Position numbers and translations under genes: made by a program | Part shown: piece after piece, positions 58,636 to 64,000 of the stretch | Position numbering within the stretch: position 1 is the first letter of the stretch | Layout: each line of letters starts with the position of its first letter | Notes under the pieces: model-generated | The model's input: only the letters and a program-made list of their open reading frames with translations | What the model was told of the DNA's origin: nothing | Database searches by the model: none | NCBI GenBank assembly: GCA_022841375.1 | Contig: JALHRQ010000002.1 | Span: forward strand, 261,867-325,866 | Direction: 5' to 3' | DNA: 64,000 nt | Origin: Burkholderiales bacterium | GTDB lineage: Bacteria > Pseudomonadota > Gammaproteobacteria > Burkholderiales > SG8-41

Positions 58636-60072
58636 ATGAACATCATTGAAGAATTCACGCCCCTGTTTGCTCCGAAGACGGTAGCGGTTATCGGCGCGTC
58701 GACCAAGGGCAATGCGTTGCCGAATGTATTTATCCGCCGCATCCGCGAGTTCGGTTTCAGCGGCGACATTTATCCGATTCATCCCGCGGCGGCCGAGATC
58801 GACGGTTTGACCGCCTACAAGACGCTGGCGGATACCCCGAAGCCGGTGGATTACGCTTACATCGCCGTTTCCGGCGCGCAGATTCCCGGCATGCTGGCCG
58901 CAGCCAAGGGTCATGTGCGGTTTGCACAGGTGATTTCCAGCGGTTTCGGTGAAGTCGATGAAGGCAAGGGCCTGCAGGAAGAACTGGCCAGCGCCGCGCG
59001 TACCGGCGGCATGCGCCTGCTGGGGCCGAACTGTCTGGGCATTTACACGCCGCGCGGTCGCGTGACCTTTGCCGAAATCGGGCCGAAGGAAGTCGGTCAT
59101 GTCGGTATTGTGTCGCAAAGCGGAGGCTTGGGCACCGACATCATCCGCCGCGGCCTGTCGCGCGGCGTGAAGTTCTCCGGTCTTGTGACTGTTGGCAATT
59201 GTGCCGATGTCACACCGTCGGACCTGTTGGAGTTTTATCTGGCCGATTCACAGACCAAGGTGATCGGCATGTACATCGAGACCGCGAAAGACGGCCGCCG
59301 CCTGTTCGATATCCTGCGCAACGCCAAGGCCGCCAAGCCGGTGGTGATTTTGAAGGGTGGTCGCACACAACAGGGACTCGCCGCCGCGGCTTCGCATACC
59401 GGATCGCTGGCCGGTGATGACCGTGTGTGGGTGGCACTGGCACGGCAGACCGGCTGCATGCTGGTCGACACGTTGGACCAGTTCATCGACACGCTGCTGA
59501 TTTTTCAGTCGCTGACACCAAGGCCGCAGCGGCCGACGCAAAAGGTGGTGTTGTTCGGCAACGGCGGCGGCACCAGCGTACTGGCCACCGATTACTATTC
59601 GCGGCTGGGCCTAGACGTTACGCCGTTCGCGCAAAGTGCGATTGATGCGCTGGCGGCAATGAAACTGCCGCCCGGGACCAGCATTACCAATCCAGTGGAT
59701 TGTCCGGTCGGGACGCTGCAGCAGGATGACGGCCGTGTTGCCGAAAAAATCCTCGACATCATCTACAGCCAGGGCAAACCCGAGGCGCTGGTAATGCACT
59801 TGAACCTGTCGGCCTTTGTCGGTCGCACCAAACCCGAGGTGCTCGACAATCTGGTAGCCGCAGCGATGCGCGTACAGGAAAAATATCCCGGCCAATCGCA
59901 TTTCATCCTGGTGCTGCGTTCCGACGGCGAGCCGGGACTCGAAGCGCGCAAGCGCGAATTCCGCGACAAGGCGGTGGCGCTCGGTGTTCCGGTGTACGAC
60001 GAGATGGCCAATGCCGGACATCCGCTGGCGGCGCTGGCGACGTTTGAACGCTTCAAGGCCGCACGCGCGTGA
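58636..60072 (+). CDS. ADP-forming acyl-CoA synthetase, CoA-binding (alpha) subunit
   Basis: VAVIGAS, LGPNCLG, SQSGG, ASHTGSLAG phospho-His. Confidence 0.92.
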   Translation: MNIIEEFTPLFAPKTVAVIGASTKGNALPNVFIRRIREFGFSGDIYPIHPAAAEIDGLTAYKTLADTPKPVDYAYIAVSGAQIPGMLAAAKGHVRFAQVISSGFGEVDEGKGLQEELASAARTGGMRLLGPNCLGIYTPRGRVTFAEIGPKEVGHVGIVSQSGGLGTDIIRRGLSRGVKFSGLVTVGNCADVTPSDLLEFYLADSQTKVIGMYIETAKDGRRLFDILRNAKAAKPVVILKGGRTQQGLAAAASHTGSLAGDDRVWVALARQTGCMLVDTLDQFIDTLLIFQSLTPRPQRPTQKVVLFGNGGGTSVLATDYYSRLGLDVTPFAQSAIDALAAMKLPPGTSITNPVDCPVGTLQQDDGRVAEKILDIIYSQGKPEALVMHLNLSAFVGRTKPEVLDNLVAAAMRVQEKYPGQSHFILVLRSDGEPGLEARKREFRDKAVALGVPVYDEMANAGHPLAALATFERFKAARA

Positions 60073-61268
60073 GTTACCAGCATCAGTTTCGGGCGACGGG
60101 TTATCCGCTGCGGCTCTACAGCGGCAAGGACGCATTGGAAAACCTGCCCGCGGAACTGAAGCGTTTTAAATCGACAAAAGCTTTTTTGATCAGCGGCCGC
60201 AGCGTGTCACGCAAAACCGGTCTGGTCGATCGCATTGCAAAGATCCTGGGTCCGGCCTATACCGGCCGATATGACGAGATCGAAAAAGACACCACGCTGG
60301 GTTCAGTGCAGGCTGCGGCGGACGCTGCCCGGGCGGCGAATGCCGATCTGCTGATTGCCGTCGGCTCCGGCAGCGTGATTCAGGGCACGCGCGTGGTGGC
60401 CATTCTGCTCGCGGAACAAGCACCGGTCGATCAACTGATTACCCGGTATCCGGACAACGCGCCGGCGATCAGCCCCAAACTGCTGGCGCCGAAACTGCCG
60501 ATCATCAATGTGCTGACGGCGGCAACCACGGCGCAGAACCGCGCCGGTTCTGCAGTCAAAGACCCGGCACGGCCGAATCGCATGGAATTCTTTGATCCGA
60601 AAACCCGGCCCGCCGCGGTGTTCTGGGACGAAGAGGCGCTGCTCACCGCGCCGGTATCGCTGGCACGGACCACCGGCACCTCGGTGTTCTGGCGGTCATT
60701 GATGAATCTCGGCGCGCCGCGCATGGCGCCGCTGTCCGAGGGCGATCGGCTGCAGGCGTTTCGTCTTGCGCGTGGCGCGCTCCCCCGCATGAGTGATCCG
60801 TTGGACGCCGGTGCACGAGTCGAAATGTGCGCTGCGGCTTTTTTACAGAACCGCGACGCCGACGACGGCGGGTTGCTCACTGAAAAACACTGGCCGGCGC
60901 GCGTGGTTTATGCGCTGGCGACCGCACTGTTCAATCTGCATGCCCATGTCGGCCAGGGCGAGGCGAACTCTGCGCTCACCGCAACGATGATTCGTCATTT
61001 CGGCGCGCGCGACCCGCAGGCGATGGCATTGATTGCGGAGGCTTTTGGTGTGACCGACGCTCGTCCGTCGCATGAACGCGCGGCAGAAGCGGTGGAACTC
61101 GCTTTCAAACAGGCGGGCATGCCGATTCGTCTGCACGAACTGGATATTCCCCGCGACAGTCTTGAAACTGTGCTCGAGAACTCGCTGAAGAATTTCAACG
61201 CCGATCCCCGGCGCGAATTTCTGCGTGAACGCGATGCGTTGCTGGGAGCATTACAAGCAGCTTGGTAG
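60069..61268 (+). CDS. Iron-containing ADH / maleylacetate reductase-fold protein
   Basis: AVGSGSVI glycine motif, overall Fe-ADH layout; GTGA overlap with the upstream gene; metal ligands appear substituted. Confidence 0.8.
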   Translation: MSYQHQFRATGYPLRLYSGKDALENLPAELKRFKSTKAFLISGRSVSRKTGLVDRIAKILGPAYTGRYDEIEKDTTLGSVQAAADAARAANADLLIAVGSGSVIQGTRVVAILLAEQAPVDQLITRYPDNAPAISPKLLAPKLPIINVLTAATTAQNRAGSAVKDPARPNRMEFFDPKTRPAAVFWDEEALLTAPVSLARTTGTSVFWRSLMNLGAPRMAPLSEGDRLQAFRLARGALPRMSDPLDAGARVEMCAAAFLQNRDADDGGLLTEKHWPARVVYALATALFNLHAHVGQGEANSALTATMIRHFGARDPQAMALIAEAFGVTDARPSHERAAEAVELAFKQAGMPIRLHELDIPRDSLETVLENSLKNFNADPRREFLRERDALLGALQAAW

Positions 61269-61379
61269 ATGGAAAAATAAGTATCTGTTTTATTGAATAA
61301 TTTTATTTTTTCCAGCAAGCGCTGAATTACATTTTTGCGGGCGGAATCCATGTTTTGTGAAAGAGTGCGGGAGCTGAAC

Positions 61380-61718
61380 ATGTTGACCTTGCTGATGCGC
61401 ATCCTTGTCCTTTGCGTTGTGTTGCCCGGTGGACACGCCTGGGCCAATCCCGCCGCACAGCAATTCATACTGCTGGCACAGGCCGCCCCGTCAAAACAAG
61501 TGGTCATGTATGCGACCAGCTGGTGCCCGTACTGCCAGCAGGCGCGTAATTATTTTCGCGAGCAGGGCATCCCTTACGTCGAATACGACATTGAGAAGAA
61601 CGAGGAGGCCCGGCGTGCCTACAAGAGTTTTGGCGGGAAAATGATCCCGGTCATTTTCGTGGGCCAGCAGCGGATGAACGGCTTCAGCGTCGCCGGGTTC
61701 AACAAAATTTATCGATGA
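61380..61718 (+). CDS. Glutaredoxin/NrdH-like protein with signal peptide
   Basis: Hydrophobic leader ending AWA; YATSWCPYC; cis-Pro IPVI. Confidence 0.85.
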   Translation: MLTLLMRILVLCVVLPGGHAWANPAAQQFILLAQAAPSKQVVMYATSWCPYCQQARNYFREQGIPYVEYDIEKNEEARRAYKSFGGKMIPVIFVGQQRMNGFSVAGFNKIYR

Positions 61719-61868
61719 TGCTGTAGTAAAAGCCACGACGGCTTCTCATAGTACGGTCCATGGCTTGACGCTTAAGCCCGCACTCTCAAGAATCAGGCGA
61801 AATAACAAAAGCCGTTCGTAAGCGTCGTATCCAGCGATGCAATAAACCCGTTTTTTGGAGGAGGTTGC

Positions 61869-62876
61869 ATGAACACACCGCTAGCCGTTGGAGATGCCCG
61901 CGCCCGTTCATGGCGACGTGGATTTCCCGTCACCGCGTTGCTGGCGGTGTTGCTGGTGCCGGCCGCCAACGCACAGGAATTTCCTTCACGGCCGGTTCGA
62001 TTCATGATCCCGCTGGCCGCGGGCGGCGGTGGCGACATTACGGTGCGCGCGGTGTCGCAGAAATTGAACGCGGCATGGGGCCAGTCGGTGGTGGTCGATA
62101 ACCGTCCCGGCGGCACCGGTGCCATCGCGCTGGAGACCGTAGCGCGTGCCCAGCCGGACGGTTACACCATCATCATGATCAGCGGCACGCATACTGCGCG
62201 GCGGGCGACCCATCACGGTCGACTGCCTTATGACCTGATCAAGGATTTCGCGCCGGTGACACAGATGACGCAGCAGTCGTATGTGCTGGTGTTGCATCCA
62301 TCGGTGGCAGCGAAATCCATACCGGAACTGATTGCGCTGGCCAAAACCAAACCGGGCGGTCTGACTTACGGCTCGGCCGGACAGGGCAGCCTGCAGCATC
62401 TGTCAGGCGCGCTGCTGGCGACGCTGACCGGCACCCATTTGCTGCACGTTGCCTACAAGGGCGGCGGGCCGGCGCTGGCGGACGTGCTCGGCGGGCAGAT
62501 CAGCATGGTGTTTGCGACGCCGCTGGAATCGGTGCCGCACATCAAACCGGGCCGTCTGCGCCCGTTGGCGGTGACCAGCCCGCAGCGTTCGCCGGCAATG
62601 CCCGATCTGCCGTCGATTGCCGAAACCGGCATTGCCGGCTACGAGGTGACCAACTGGTATGGCGTACTGGCGCCGGTCGCGATCCGCAAGCCGGTTCTTG
62701 AAAAACTCAATCGCAGCATCGTTGCCGCGCTGCGTATGCCGGAATTGACCGAGCGCTTCCAGAAGGACGGGGTCGAACCCATCGCATCGACGCCGCAACA
62801 ATTCCAGAAACACATTCATGCCGAGATCGCCAAGTGGGAGCGCGTGGTGGCCGCGGCGGGCATCAAGGCGGATTAG
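61869..62876 (+). CDS. Tripartite tricarboxylate transporter substrate-binding protein (Bug/TctC)
   Basis: FPSRPVR..IP.AAGG, DNRPGG.G, PDGYT, YKGGGPA; GGAGG RBS. Confidence 0.95.
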   Translation: MNTPLAVGDARARSWRRGFPVTALLAVLLVPAANAQEFPSRPVRFMIPLAAGGGGDITVRAVSQKLNAAWGQSVVVDNRPGGTGAIALETVARAQPDGYTIIMISGTHTARRATHHGRLPYDLIKDFAPVTQMTQQSYVLVLHPSVAAKSIPELIALAKTKPGGLTYGSAGQGSLQHLSGALLATLTGTHLLHVAYKGGGPALADVLGGQISMVFATPLESVPHIKPGRLRPLAVTSPQRSPAMPDLPSIAETGIAGYEVTNWYGVLAPVAIRKPVLEKLNRSIVAALRMPELTERFQKDGVEPIASTPQQFQKHIHAEIAKWERVVAAAGIKAD

Positions 62877-62927
62877 CGGATTTTTGTTTGCATTTAAATT
62901 TGGCAACGGAACAAGAAAGGGCGGAAC

Positions 62928-63848
62928 ATGCGCGTGGGATTCATAGGACTGGGGACGATGGGCGCTTCGATCGCATTGAATGCGATGAAGGGCGGCTTTG
63001 CACTGACGGTGCACGACATGCGCCGGGAGGCGGCGGCGCCGCACATCAAGGGCGGCGCGAAATGGGCGGATACTGTCGAAGATGTCGGTGGTGATGTCGA
63101 TGTTGTGCTGACTTCTTTGCCCGGACCGAAAGAAGTCAAGGCGGTGGCGGAAGGCCTGATCAAGACCATGCGACCGGGCACGGTGTGGTTTGACCTGTCG
63201 ACCAATTCGCCGACGGTGGTGCGCGAACTGCATGCACGTTTTGCGGAAAAGAAAATTTCTGTTCTGGATGCGCCGGTGAGCGGCGGCCCCGGCGGCGCCA
63301 AGTCGGGCAAGATGGCGCTGTGGGTCGGCGGCGAACAGGCCGAATTCGAGCGTTGCCGCAAGGTGCTGGATGCGGTGGGGGACCAGGTCATCTACATCGG
63401 TGCCATCGGCGCCGGTTCGGTGGCCAAATTGGTACACAACTGCGCCGGCTACGCGATGCAGCTGGCGTTGGCTGAATTGTTCACGATGGGCGTCAAGGCC
63501 GGGGTCGAACCGTTGCCGCTGTGGGCGGCCATCCGCCAGGGTGCGCTGGGACGCAAGCGTTCGTTCGACCGCATGGGCGACCAGTTCCTGCAGGGCAAGT
63601 TTGATCCGCCGGCGTTCGCGCTGGCGCTGGCGCACAAGGACGTCACGCTGGCGACCGAACTCGCGCGCGAGATTGGCGTGCCGATGCGGTTGGCCAACCT
63701 TACCTATGCCGAAATGACCGATGCACTCAACCGCGGCTGGGAGAAACGCGATTCCCGTTCGTTCCTGATCCTGCAGCAGGAACGTGCCGGCCTGAATATC
63801 AAAGTTCCGGTTGAAGACATTGAAGCCGTGCTGAAGCGCGACGGCTGA
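62928..63848 (+). CDS. Beta-hydroxyacid dehydrogenase (3-hydroxyisobutyrate dehydrogenase family)
   Basis: GFIGLGTMG, DAPVSGG, catalytic Lys in AKLVHN, KD motif. Confidence 0.93.
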   Translation: MRVGFIGLGTMGASIALNAMKGGFALTVHDMRREAAAPHIKGGAKWADTVEDVGGDVDVVLTSLPGPKEVKAVAEGLIKTMRPGTVWFDLSTNSPTVVRELHARFAEKKISVLDAPVSGGPGGAKSGKMALWVGGEQAEFERCRKVLDAVGDQVIYIGAIGAGSVAKLVHNCAGYAMQLALAELFTMGVKAGVEPLPLWAAIRQGALGRKRSFDRMGDQFLQGKFDPPAFALALAHKDVTLATELAREIGVPMRLANLTYAEMTDALNRGWEKRDSRSFLILQQERAGLNIKVPVEDIEAVLKRDG

Positions 63849-64000
63849 TCCGGACATGGGGCCGCCCGCGCGCGGCTGGTCCCACTGCGTGTTCGTCTGG
63901 CTTGCGACCTTGCACCCTGGCCATTAAGATGACATCAACCGCTGTCGTTCGCTGCGGGATATTCCCTGCGGGGAGCTTGCTGGAGAGGAGACTGAACATG

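Noticed and set aside
63849-64000. GC-rich leader with GGAGAG that might be a riboswitch
   Set aside because: No complete aptamer recognisable; better explained as the RBS for the ATG at 63998

Overview
A GC-rich betaproteobacterial chromosome segment spanning the replication-origin region. It runs gyrB'-dnaN-dnaA, rpmH-rnpA-yidC-mnmE, two parS sites, mnmG-rsmG-parAB, the atp operon, glmUS, SDR-dsbA-dsbA-SPOR-argS, priA, hemE-gltDB-dgt-aroBK, pilMNOPQ, mrcA, hemB, yihA and cytochrome c4. From about 52 kb there is an accessory catabolic block: a GntR regulator with a palindromic operator, stand-alone BCCP, two different full-length carboxyltransferases, biotin carboxylase, a split ADP-forming acyl-CoA ligase and an Fe-ADH-fold protein lacking its metal ligands. 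A signal-peptide glutaredoxin, a Bug protein and a beta-hydroxyacid dehydrogenase follow. Non-coding highlights are a likely oriC between dnaA and dnaN, a second DnaA-box/IHF cluster between priA and hemE, an anti-hemB-like sRNA with anti-SD loops behind a sigmaE-like promoter, and a CACAGAG hairpin element inside the carboxylase operon. All calls come from reading motifs by eye; no searches were run.
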